Positions 17,201 to 25,567 of a stretch of 64,000 bases of DNA are shown here, one piece after another. Below the pieces are notes generated by a model. The model made no database searches and was not told the DNA's origin. It saw nothing but the letters and a program-made list of their open reading frames with translations. This DNA is from a virus (taxonomy: Duplodnaviria > Caudoviricetes): the IMG/VR virus record IMGVR_UViG_3300027805_000006; one strand, written 5' to 3'. The translations under genes were made by a program, and so were the position numbers. Numbering within the stretch: the first letter of the stretch is position 1; the number at the start of each line of letters is the position of its first letter.

Positions 17201-17207
17201 TATTTAC
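17201..17207 (-). promoter_or_regulatory. Late promoter-like box GTAAATA
   Basis: About 30 nt upstream of ATG 17171. Confidence 0.55.
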
Positions 17208-17220
17208 AGAGCTGCGGAGG

Positions 17221-17652
17221 TCATTTTGCAATCTCCTCTAAGGATTTTGCTAGACTTGACATCGCATCCATATAGTCTTGTGAGGATGAAGAGAATTTTC
17301 CTTCTAACTCCTTCTTTAGTAGATCACAAACTTCGCCAGCAAATTGCTTCCATTCCTTGATTTTTCTGAACTCCTTATGCTTTTCATTTATTACCATTGC
17401 AACATTCAACGTGCCGTGAGTATTGTATGCATTGCCTTTATCACGAAGACCTTCACGCAGGGCGCTGATTGCCACCTTACAAAGTTCACGATCTATCACT
17501 ACCTTTGGAGCAATCGACCCGTACTTATCATCCAACCTACTCTTGGCAATCAAGAGAGCGTCTTTAACATCAAGAGAAAGGTCAAATGCTGAATCGGATT
17601 TACTAACAGTGAATCCGGCAAACCCTTCAACAATAATTTCAGAAAGCTTCAC
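17221..17652 (-). CDS. Hypothetical head-region protein with leader MKLSE (GTG start)
   Basis: 143 aa, between the two gp67-like genes. Confidence 0.7.
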   Translation of the reverse strand: MKLSEIIVEGFAGFTVSKSDSAFDLSLDVKDALLIAKSRLDDKYGSIAPKVVIDRELCKVAISALREGLRDKGNAYNTHGTLNVAMVINEKHKEFRKIKEWKQFAGEVCDLLKKELEGKFSSSSQDYMDAMSSLAKSLEEIAK

Positions 17653-17703
17653 GTAATTCTCTCTATTTTATAATTGCGCGTCTGTCAGACCTGCAGAAAT
17701 TAA

Positions 17704-18108
17704 TTACTTATCTCCAAGTTGATATGGCTTGTCACCAGCAGAAACTCCGCCAACTTTGCCTTTGATTACTTGCTTCTTCTTCCAACCTGCCTTTTCAAGG
17801 GCACGATGAGTAGCAGCCAAAGATGTACGATTTCCAACGGTAACTGTGTTATCGTCAGGATCTACTTCTGCACCATTAAGGTCTTCATAATCCATCGCAT
17901 CTTTTCCACCTGGGTGATGGTAAACGATCTTGTCATGGACAGTTGCTTCTGCTTCCGAAAGATCAAGTTCTTCGAATGCGGTCTGTGAAAGACCAGCAAC
18001 TTCACGGGTTTTTGAAACGAAGTAGTCGTGCATAGATACTGCAGCCTCTTCTTCCTTGCCATTGATAATGCTCTGTAGCATTTCCTTGAGTTTTTCTTGA
18101 TTGCTCAT
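17704..18108 (-). CDS. gp67-like prohead core protein (copy 2) fused to an extra C-terminal domain
   Basis: Start taken at ATG 18108 (MSNQEKLKEMLQSIINGKEEEAAVSMHDYFVSKTREVAGL). The first 40 or so aa are nearly identical to 16962-17171. Confidence 0.75.
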   Translation of the reverse strand: MSNQEKLKEMLQSIINGKEEEAAVSMHDYFVSKTREVAGLSQTAFEELDLSEAEATVHDKIVYHHPGGKDAMDYEDLNGAEVDPDDNTVTVGNRTSLAATHRALEKAGWKKKQVIKGKVGGVSAGDKPYQLGDK

Positions 18109-18178
18109 AATTGCCCTTTTTAATATGGTTGTATGCATTTAAATAAATTTAAACTGCACAGTGGTAATTTATCGTAGA

Positions 18179-18790
18179 TTATTTTGAGCCCTTGCGAATT
18201 GCTTCAAGAAGACATAAAATTTCCTTTTTCAAATAAGCTTGTGCATTCTTATCATGTACTACTGTTTCAGCAAGAGACATAATCTTCTTGCTTCCAAGTG
18301 CTTCCATAACTGCAGATGGGTAGGCATCAGGAGCAGATGGCTGTGACACGATGTCTACGGTAACGAATGAGAAGTCAGAAACTTCTCCACTCTCATTTAC
18401 GTTTCCAGTTCCGCGTGATGATACTCCTAGTCTTACTCCACCCTCAATTAGACCGCGTGCAATATTTCCGCAGGGGGTGTTAAGAAGTTTCATCTTGCCA
18501 ACAACGTTATTTCCATCCATTGTCATTTCAGAAATGACGTGTGATACTCTTCCAAGGTCAATTGACAGGGTGTCAGGGTGATTTAGTTCGCCGCAAATGC
18601 TAAAGCCTTCGCTGATTTTCTTCTGTGCAGACTCAACTACCTTTGACATTTCTGCGGAGCGGTACTTTCTTCCATTTCCATTTACACACTCTGCCTGCAT
18701 CAGAATACCCTTTAGGTATAGGTCTTGGCCCTTGCGCATTTCGCAGAGGCTAGCAGTAGATGGTGAAAGCTGTTCTGTTAAGATTTTCAT
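18179..18790 (-). CDS. gp21: Prohead protease
   Basis: G..MQAE..N.NGR.Y; GELNHP (His); LGVSSRGTG (Ser); FVTVDIVSQPSAPDA. Confidence 0.95.
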   Translation of the reverse strand: MKILTEQLSPSTASLCEMRKGQDLYLKGILMQAECVNGNGRKYRSAEMSKVVESAQKKISEGFSICGELNHPDTLSIDLGRVSHVISEMTMDGNNVVGKMKLLNTPCGNIARGLIEGGVRLGVSSRGTGNVNESGEVSDFSFVTVDIVSQPSAPDAYPSAVMEALGSKKIMSLAETVVHDKNAQAYLKKEILCLLEAIRKGSK

Positions 18791-18828
18791 TTTTTCCCCT
18801 TAAGCATGGGTAAAAGTGTAATTACGTT

Positions 18829-18836
18829 TATTTATC
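18829..18836 (-). promoter_or_regulatory. Late promoter-like box GATAAATA for gp21
   Basis: Lies between the homing endonuclease stop and the gp21 start. Confidence 0.6.
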
Positions 18837-18864
18837 TGATATAAGCACATTTGCTTATATATTT

Positions 18865-19695
18865 TCATGCGCAGCATGTGCTTATAACCTTTGATATCCA
18901 AGCATTCACTGTACTTTCAGGAATGCCCGTTTGCTTCGAAATATCTACTCTGAGTATTCCAACTTTTGCAAGCGATATAACGTGAAGTTGAGTCTCTCTA
19001 GAGTGTCTTTTCATAAAGATGAATCCCGGTATCTTTGCAGCATCAATTGACTGCAGTAACGAAGAATGTTCAATGTTTTTTCTGTACGATGGATTTTTTA
19101 TACCAGATATGGATGAAGACTGTTTTTTACGATACTCAGAGTTGTTTTTGTTTTTTCCACGGTGAAGAATGCTTATTTTTTTAGCCATTCTGGCAAGAGC
19201 ATCTGAAGTTTGCTTTGTGCGCCCTCTCAGTTTATCTGATATTTGCGCGATATAGGCATGTGTATGTTTTGTTCTACCACTCAGTGCCGCAGACATTCTC
19301 TTCAACCCCAAATCAGTATCTTTAGTTTTGCCTCTACGTTTTTCTGCAGTTTTTGCTACAGCAGTCTTTAGTTTTTCTTTATCTCTTTGCCAGCGCTTGC
19401 ACAACGGAACAGTATCCAAATATCCTCCTCGGCCACCAAGCACTAAATTGAGACACTTTGGGTCAAGAAGCGTTTCGTAATTTACAAGTTTGCTTTCAAG
19501 AAGATATGCCTCATGCTTAGTTAGATGCTGCGCAAGAACTTGTTTTTTAGGCACGGCCGTCCTAAGCGCGCGCTTTAACGCCTTTCCTGATCCCCAATAA
19601 ACATCGGTGCGTATAGTTTTGTTTCCCGGCAACTTTCTAACACCGATGTAGTACTCACCGGTGTCAAAAGTTGTTTTATACGCATAATGCGTCAT
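18865..19695 (-). CDS. Free-standing GIY-YIG (Seg-like) homing endonuclease between gp20 and gp21
   Basis: Start moved to ATG 19695, just after the portal stop. HYAYKTT...YYIGVRK...YWGSG; repeated K.RG.TK.T motifs; C-terminal HTH. Confidence 0.85.
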   Translation of the reverse strand: MTHYAYKTTFDTGEYYIGVRKLPGNKTIRTDVYWGSGKALKRALRTAVPKKQVLAQHLTKHEAYLLESKLVNYETLLDPKCLNLVLGGRGGYLDTVPLCKRWQRDKEKLKTAVAKTAEKRRGKTKDTDLGLKRMSAALSGRTKHTHAYIAQISDKLRGRTKQTSDALARMAKKISILHRGKNKNNSEYRKKQSSSISGIKNPSYRKNIEHSSLLQSIDAAKIPGFIFMKRHSRETQLHVISLAKVGILRVDISKQTGIPESTVNAWISKVISTCCA

Positions 19696-19696
19696 T

Positions 19697-21361
19697 TTAT
19701 GCTGCTGGAGGTGTAGTTTCTGCTGCTGGCGCTTCAGCCGGCGCTTCTGCCGGCGCTTCAGCAGGCGCCTCTCCGCCAAAGAAGCCACCACCTAATTCGC
19801 CACCTGCTCCAAGTTCGGCGCCTGGCATACCAGCACCTGCTTCAGGGGTTACTGCTTCTCTATTCTCATAAACGGCGGGGTCATAAATTTGCTGCATAGA
19901 TGGGATATTAGTATTCTCAGTAATCCCACGCTCTTCCTTAACCATCACCTCGTTCATCTGGATCTCATCATCGGTCAGACCTAGGTATCTCTTCAGAACG
20001 AAGCGCTTTGAGAGTGTCTTTTCAGCAGAGATATTGTTGAACGAACTAATGAGATCTGCATCAAGAGCCGCTTGGCGATAAAGGGCAAAGTTTGCTGGTT
20101 CTGGGAGTTTAAGGCTGAACAGTTCGTCATCAATCTTTAGACCACACACCTTTAAGTAAATCTTAAACTCATTGTCAAGAATATCTTCAAGACGATCTTG
20201 AAGGCGCTTGACGAAGTTAGCAAAACGCAGTTCCTCAATATAAGCGATACCCACTTTTCCATCATTGTATTGAGACCCACCAGCATCAGAGCCAGAAAGG
20301 TACGATGATGGTACTCTGAGCCCTCGGAACAATTTATCTCTAAAGTACTTTAGTAGATTTGTACCGAAGTCCTCAGTTCCACCTGCTAGAGTTTCTACCT
20401 TCGATCCTCGACCAGTTGCAGTGACTGGGAAGAAGTAGTCTTCTTGAAGGCTTGTTGGGTCATATTGTCCGTCAATGATGTCCTTCTGACCGCTGCTTGT
20501 TTGACCAGGAACTCTCTTTTGGCGAATTTCATTCTTTACCTGCTCGAGGTACTGCTTTACCCGCTGTGCTGGCATATTGCCGACGTCGACGTAGAACACA
20601 CGCCGCTCTGGAGCACGTACGATTCTATAAATGACAACTGCATCTTCAATCATTGACAGTTGTCTGAATATTCTAAAGATTGGGCGAAGAACTGACTGAC
20701 CAAATGGTGCGCTGTCTCCCATCTCATCTGACATTGAGAAGTGAATCATCGCCGCTGCAGGAATAACATCCATCTCCTCATTTCTCACGCCATAGTTAGA
20801 TGTGCTGCCTGATGGCTTTCCTGGTTGCTTAAGATGGTAGTTGATTTTATTTCCCTGTTGGTCAATTTCAATACCATGCACTAAAGATGGATCAACCCAC
20901 ACCCAGCGCTTCGTATCAGATGTCTTTCTGAAGAAGCAGTCACCATATTTGATGAGATCACGGCAAATCTTGAACATTCGACGGTTGAGTTCCTGCATCT
21001 GCGACCATTGTCTAACAGCCTGACGAAGGGTAACTGCTGTTGTATCTGAAACGTCTTGATTTTCTTCTTTGTTATATTCAATAATAAATGGAAGCTTTGT
21101 CTTGCTATCTTTATTGCTCATCTCTTCTGCAATAACGTCAAGTGCTCTGGAAATATCAATGTCTGCGTCCATTGAGTCATATTGTTTGTAATTTGCCATT
21201 CTTGACCCTGGGCCTCTCAGAATTTGAGAGTACCACGTGATTGCCGCCATTGACGTTAGGTCAGTTGTCCTTGGGTCATAGGCATCTGTAGAAATGGTAG
21301 TATAAAGTTGCTTTCTTGACGCTGGAGTTATAATTTTCCAATATGATGAAAATTGTGCCAT
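19697..21361 (-). CDS. gp20: Portal vertex protein
   Basis: FG.SVL......RQL.MIEDAVVIYRIVRAPERRVFYVDVGNMP...QY; EDYFFP...GRGSKVETL.G; L..LRVP.S; EELRF..FV.RLQ. Confidence 0.97.
   Translation of the reverse strand: MAQFSSYWKIITPASRKQLYTTISTDAYDPRTTDLTSMAAITWYSQILRGPGSRMANYKQYDSMDADIDISRALDVIAEEMSNKDSKTKLPFIIEYNKEENQDVSDTTAVTLRQAVRQWSQMQELNRRMFKICRDLIKYGDCFFRKTSDTKRWVWVDPSLVHGIEIDQQGNKINYHLKQPGKPSGSTSNYGVRNEEMDVIPAAAMIHFSMSDEMGDSAPFGQSVLRPIFRIFRQLSMIEDAVVIYRIVRAPERRVFYVDVGNMPAQRVKQYLEQVKNEIRQKRVPGQTSSGQKDIIDGQYDPTSLQEDYFFPVTATGRGSKVETLAGGTEDFGTNLLKYFRDKLFRGLRVPSSYLSGSDAGGSQYNDGKVGIAYIEELRFANFVKRLQDRLEDILDNEFKIYLKVCGLKIDDELFSLKLPEPANFALYRQAALDADLISSFNNISAEKTLSKRFVLKRYLGLTDDEIQMNEVMVKEERGITENTNIPSMQQIYDPAVYENREAVTPEAGAGMPGAELGAGGELGGGFFGGEAPAEAPAEAPAEAPAAETTPPAA
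19728..19768. repeat. 12-bp tandem repeat encoding (AEAP)n at the portal C-terminus
   Basis: GGCGCTTC(A/T)GC(C/A), about 3.5 copies. Confidence 0.8.
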
Positions 21362-21373
21362 TTATTTTTCCTA

Positions 21374-24300
21374 TTACGCTGTGCCTGTTGTAATAAAGCC
21401 CCAAAGTTTTTCAGCAGAAGTCATCTCTGGTCGATTTAGCGATTTGAGCATGTTCTCTGTTGGGTCACCTTGAGAAGTTAAGAATGCAAGTGTCTGCTTC
21501 AAAACTTCAAGTTGCTGCTGCGCTACAGTCAAAAGTTCTGCTTGACTTAGCCCCTCTTTAGTTGCTGCTACCGCTGTTCCTTCTGCTGGAGTTGTTTCTG
21601 TTGTTGCTGGAGTTTCATTTTTATTTAGACCTGGCTCAACCACAGTTGGCTGTTTAGCAGGTTGAGGTGTTGCTACTTGTGGTGGTTGCTGCTGTGCTGG
21701 GGCTGCCTGAACTGCTTCTTTCTTTACTGGCTCTGCCTGCACGGTCTGTTTTGCAGGTTCTGCTTGAATATTCTCCTTCTTTGCAGGTTCTGCCTTTACA
21801 GGTTCTTCCTTCTTCTTTTCTTCCTTCTTTTTCTTTTCTTCTTCCTTTCTAGCCGCTTCAGCATTAACGTTTCTAACTGATTGAACGGTGCGAGAAGCAG
21901 ATGCAGCGAGGTCATCGAGAGTTGTCACTCTATCGTTAACTAGAACTTCTGTCTTCTTCTTTGATTTCTCTAACGCCTTTTGGTTTTCCTCACCGATGGA
22001 GCGCAGGGTTGCTCCTTCTTTTTTCCATAAGTCTTCACGCAGTTTTGCACCTTCTGCGATGCCTTGGTCAAGTTCATCTGCCTGTGCTCGCAGACCCTTT
22101 ACCCACTTGTTATCCTTGCCCACGAATGGAAGAGACTCAATAATTAACGCGAGGCCCTTCAGAATCCCGGCGCCTAGCATCTTCCAAAAGTCCACGAATG
22201 CAGAGGTACCGTAATCAATAATTTTTGTGGTGTTGACCTTGAAACTAATACCAAGTGCTTCAAATACTGAGTTTACGCCCCAGTCAAAAATCCTTGTAAA
22301 TCCAGTAAACAAACCATTTAACCCCGCAATTAACATTCCCCCTAATTTTCCAAACAATCCTTCGCCAAAGCCAAGTGCAGCGCCCATTTCACCAGTGAAT
22401 AATTCCTCAATAGCACTTATGATTCCACCAAGAAGAGCACTTCCTTTAAAGAAACCACTAATTGATGAAAATATTCCCTTGACTGCAGCAACTGCACCGT
22501 TAAACATACCAGATACTGAACCTACCGCCTTTGCCGCCAAACCAGAAATTGATGAAAATATTCCCTTGACTGCAGCAATTGCACCGTTAAACATACCAGA
22601 TACTGAACCTACCGCCTTTGCCGCCAAACCAGAAATTGATGAAAATGCGCTGGAAAACATACCAGTGACTGATGAAAAAATTCCCTTAAAAATTCCTGTT
22701 ATAGGGGTAAGTACTTTTCCAGCAGTTGTTGCAATTGTTGAAAATACACCTGAAACTTTTGAACCAAAATCTTTTAAGAATTTCATTGCACCAGTAGCAG
22801 CGCCAATTCCTTTGCCCTGTATGGCTGCAAGTATTTTGGCATACCACATTGACTGTATTGCAGTTTGTGCCACAAGGCCTGTCACCTCAATTGCAGCCTC
22901 TCCTAAAGGGTTCTTTGCAAAGCCGGAAAATACTGTCATTCCCTTTCCAATTGTCTGCAGAATTCCACCAGTCTCCTTTCCAATCTCTTCATTTTGTACT
23001 GGCCCTGCATCTGTCTGAAGTTTTGCTTTAGCTGCTGCCTTTTGTGCTTCTCCATACGGAGTTCCAGCAAGTTTTTCACTTAACTGTTCACCGATAAATT
23101 CTGCCTGAATATTTCCAGTATTTTGCATTGCCTGCAGACGAGATTCCATCTGACCAGATAATTCAACGAATCTCTTTTCTTCTTCTGGGGTTTTCCTTTT
23201 CTTTTGTGATAGCCTTGCTAGTTCTTCGGTTTCGCCAGCAGACATGCCAGTAATTGCGCCAGCCTGACGTATTAGTCCTGCTGCCTGCATTCGTTGCTGG
23301 GCAGTTGCCTTGCGCTGGGCAAGCAGCGCATTAGTAAGCCCTGCCGATGCCTCTTTGGTCAAGCCCATCTGCTGACCTAAAGTAGCAGTATCCATCAATT
23401 GCGCCATCCGGGCCTGGCGTTCAGCAGGTGCAAGTCCTATTAAATCCTCCTGTACGTTTTCATTACTAGCAATGTCCTTCATCAATTCTTGGAAGGCAGT
23501 TGAAGTCATCATCGTAGTTTTACGAAGCTTCTCAAACTGCTTTACCTGCGCATTAGTAGCATCTGCCTGCTTTTCCATTGGAATGCCAAGCATTACAGAA
23601 TTAGTCTGCATTGATGCTGCTAACCTTTCTGCTGCTGGGCCAAATGTGCCTAGTCGTGCAAGGTCATGTGTTGTCTTATCAACTCTATCGCCGAAGTCAT
23701 CAAAACTTCTTGCTCTTACAACCGCTGCCTGGTTGTCCTCCATCATCTCTGTGTATTCCTGCAGACTCATACCTGCAGTAATTGCATCACCATAAAGACC
23801 GGCTAGACTACTTGCTGCGCTAACACCGCGGGCCTGAAGATAAAAAATATCTTTGCCTAAACCAACAAATGCATCACCTAATATTCTAAGCGCATTTCTT
23901 AGCTCTATTTTGAATTTTTCAGTCTCTTCTCCCGCTTCTTCAACTTTGCCAGAAAAGTCATCTACATCTCTGCCTGCCGACTCAAGTTCTCCAGCAAAGT
24001 CATCGACATCACGTGCAGAACTGCGAATAGTTGCTGTAGATTCGGCAACGGCTTCTCCGAGGTCACCAGCAAAGTCATCTATATCCCTAACAGTTGCCTT
24101 TACGGTTTCTACAGACCCAGCAAAGTCGTCTACTGAGCGTACAAGGGCATCACTACCTTCAGCCGGCCCCTTAACCTCTGCAACACTGTCAATCTTTGAA
24201 ACTGCGCCCGTAAAGGAAGAGCCAAGGGCTCTAATTCCCTTTCTCATTCCAAGAAGGTCGCCTCTTACACCCCTAAAAGATTTGCCTAATTTTTCTGCTT

Positions 24301-24499
24301 CAAATGTCAGATCTTTTAACCCACGGGTGGCAACAATAATCGTCTTATCAAGAGATTCTGAATCTTGACTTTGCTTACCTCCCTTGCCACCAGGCAGCCT
24401 TCTTTGCTCAGACGGAGCAGCGCCCTTGTTAGCAAGTAGCGACTGCTCAAGCAGTTTCTCTATTCGTTGCAGGGTTTTTAATGCTTGGGTTTCATCCAT
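21374..24499 (-). CDS. Tape-measure-like protein
   Basis: 1041 aa, largely helical and Ala/Gly-rich with amphipathic F-periodic repeats. Lies head-to-head with gp26/gp51 and has a late box at 24548. Confidence 0.75.
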   Translation of the reverse strand: MDETQALKTLQRIEKLLEQSLLANKGAAPSEQRRLPGGKGGKQSQDSESLDKTIIVATRGLKDLTFEAEKLGKSFRGVRGDLLGMRKGIRALGSSFTGAVSKIDSVAEVKGPAEGSDALVRSVDDFAGSVETVKATVRDIDDFAGDLGEAVAESTATIRSSARDVDDFAGELESAGRDVDDFSGKVEEAGEETEKFKIELRNALRILGDAFVGLGKDIFYLQARGVSAASSLAGLYGDAITAGMSLQEYTEMMEDNQAAVVRARSFDDFGDRVDKTTHDLARLGTFGPAAERLAASMQTNSVMLGIPMEKQADATNAQVKQFEKLRKTTMMTSTAFQELMKDIASNENVQEDLIGLAPAERQARMAQLMDTATLGQQMGLTKEASAGLTNALLAQRKATAQQRMQAAGLIRQAGAITGMSAGETEELARLSQKKRKTPEEEKRFVELSGQMESRLQAMQNTGNIQAEFIGEQLSEKLAGTPYGEAQKAAAKAKLQTDAGPVQNEEIGKETGGILQTIGKGMTVFSGFAKNPLGEAAIEVTGLVAQTAIQSMWYAKILAAIQGKGIGAATGAMKFLKDFGSKVSGVFSTIATTAGKVLTPITGIFKGIFSSVTGMFSSAFSSISGLAAKAVGSVSGMFNGAIAAVKGIFSSISGLAAKAVGSVSGMFNGAVAAVKGIFSSISGFFKGSALLGGIISAIEELFTGEMGAALGFGEGLFGKLGGMLIAGLNGLFTGFTRIFDWGVNSVFEALGISFKVNTTKIIDYGTSAFVDFWKMLGAGILKGLALIIESLPFVGKDNKWVKGLRAQADELDQGIAEGAKLREDLWKKEGATLRSIGEENQKALEKSKKKTEVLVNDRVTTLDDLAASASRTVQSVRNVNAEAARKEEEKKKKEEKKKEEPVKAEPAKKENIQAEPAKQTVQAEPVKKEAVQAAPAQQQPPQVATPQPAKQPTVVEPGLNKNETPATTETTPAEGTAVAATKEGLSQAELLTVAQQQLEVLKQTLAFLTSQGDPTENMLKSLNRPEMTSAEKLWGFITTGTA
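22461..22646. repeat. 87-bp (29-aa) near-perfect tandem duplication in the tape measure gene
   Basis: Units start at 22461, 22548 and (partial) 22635, with one mismatch between the full copies; peptide SISGLAAKAVGSVSGMFNGA(I/V)AAVKGIFS. Confidence 0.95.
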
Positions 24500-24530
24500 T
24501 GTTTAGCCTGGAAGTGACGCTCTTTCGAGC

Positions 24531-24537
24531 GTAAATA
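24531..24537 (+). promoter_or_regulatory. Late promoter-like box GTAAATA for gp26
   Basis: Faces the minus-strand box at 24548-24555. Confidence 0.55.
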
Positions 24538-24547
24538 TATCATAGCA

Positions 24548-24555
24548 TATTTATC
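24548..24555 (-). promoter_or_regulatory. Late promoter-like box GATAAATA for the tape measure gene
   Basis: The leader contains the hairpin ACGCTC-GAAA-GAGCGT (24517-24532). Confidence 0.6.
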
Positions 24556-24563
24556 ATACGGGG

Positions 24564-25343
24564 ATGTATATGGAAAATGCGCAAAATCCACTTTTGCAGA
24601 AACTAAAACTTCCGGGCCGAGTATTTCAACTACCATCGCGCGGCGCACTTTACAGAAATGGTGAAGTTAATTGCATGGAAGGTGAAATTCATGTGCACGC
24701 GATGTCAGCATTAACCGAAATTAACCTAAAAAACCCAGACCTGTTGTTCAATGGAAAGGCTCTCGAAGAGGTATGCAGGGAATGCATTCCAGAAATTAAG
24801 AAGCCCACTGAACTTTTTGGCAGAGATGTAGATGCACTAATGTTTTTCCTTCGTGTAGTAACATACGGGCCTCAGTTTGAAATCAATGTAAAGCACACCT
24901 GCGACGAAGCAAAGAATCATTCCTATGTGGTTGATTTGGAGAAGATGATTCAGGAAATGCGCCCACTTGACCCAACAACAAAGTTTGAGGTAGTTCTCCA
25001 GAATGGGCAAAAAGTAACCCTTCACCCAGTCAAGTTTGAGCATATGATTAAACTTTTCCAGATGAATACTGGAAAACAAGAGTTGAATTCAGATGACGTC
25101 AAAGCCAATATCATCTTTAACCTAGTCAATTTGGTTGAGAGCGTAGATGGTATTACAGACCGTGCAATGATTGAAGAATGGGCTAAGTTGCTTACCACTC
25201 CAATGCAGAATAAAATAACTGAAGTCATCGAGAAGATGAATCAGTGGGGCCCAAACCAAACTATTCAACTGAAGTGCAAGGACTGCAGCGAGATGATGAA
25301 TGTTGAACTGCCTCTGAACCCAATAAGTTTTTTCACCGAATGA
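24564..25343 (+). CDS. gp26: Baseplate hub assembly protein / tail chaperone, T4 gp26-like
   Basis: LPSRG..Y; EI.L.NPDLLFNG; L...DVDAL..FLR..TYG; HTC...; CKDC..; C-terminal PISFF. Confidence 0.75.
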   Translation: MYMENAQNPLLQKLKLPGRVFQLPSRGALYRNGEVNCMEGEIHVHAMSALTEINLKNPDLLFNGKALEEVCRECIPEIKKPTELFGRDVDALMFFLRVVTYGPQFEINVKHTCDEAKNHSYVVDLEKMIQEMRPLDPTTKFEVVLQNGQKVTLHPVKFEHMIKLFQMNTGKQELNSDDVKANIIFNLVNLVESVDGITDRAMIEEWAKLLTTPMQNKITEVIEKMNQWGPNQTIQLKCKDCSEMMNVELPLNPISFFTE

Positions 25344-25564
25344 TCATTTCTGGTGAGGCGAGCAGGATCGCCGAGATGATCAATTCAATGGGTATAGAAG
25401 TAAGAAACCTGCTCAAGTCAGCAATTGAGATTGCTTACTTTTCAAGAGGCTCCATTCAATATGAATCAGTACTGCATATGACCCCGCTTGAGCGGGATAT
25501 TGCAGTTGAATTTATCAATAGGAGACTTGAGTTAGCCTCCAAGATGTCATTCCCTGTATTCTGA
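25340..25564 (+). CDS. gp51: Baseplate hub assembly catalyst, gp51-like
   Basis: 74 aa, ATGA overlap with gp26; Y.SVLHMTPLERDIAVEFI..R pattern. Confidence 0.6.
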   Translation: MIISGEASRIAEMINSMGIEVRNLLKSAIEIAYFSRGSIQYESVLHMTPLERDIAVEFINRRLELASKMSFPVF

Positions 25565-25567
25565 TAA

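Noticed and set aside
17660-17675. Apparent TATAAATA promoter for 17221-17652
   Set aside because: The minus strand actually reads TATAAAATA (extra A), so it is not an exact match and was not listed as a feature.
19696-19791. Track start (19791) for the GIY-YIG ORF
   Set aside because: It overlaps the portal C-terminus in another frame; ATG 19695 gives a typical GIY-YIG N-terminus.
22227-24368. Long antisense ORFs (22227-23018, 23472-23795, 23853-24368) and similar shadow ORFs opposite gp18, gp22, gp23 and the fibre gene
   Set aside because: They lie opposite well-supported genes with biased codon usage, and have no SD, promoter or family motifs.
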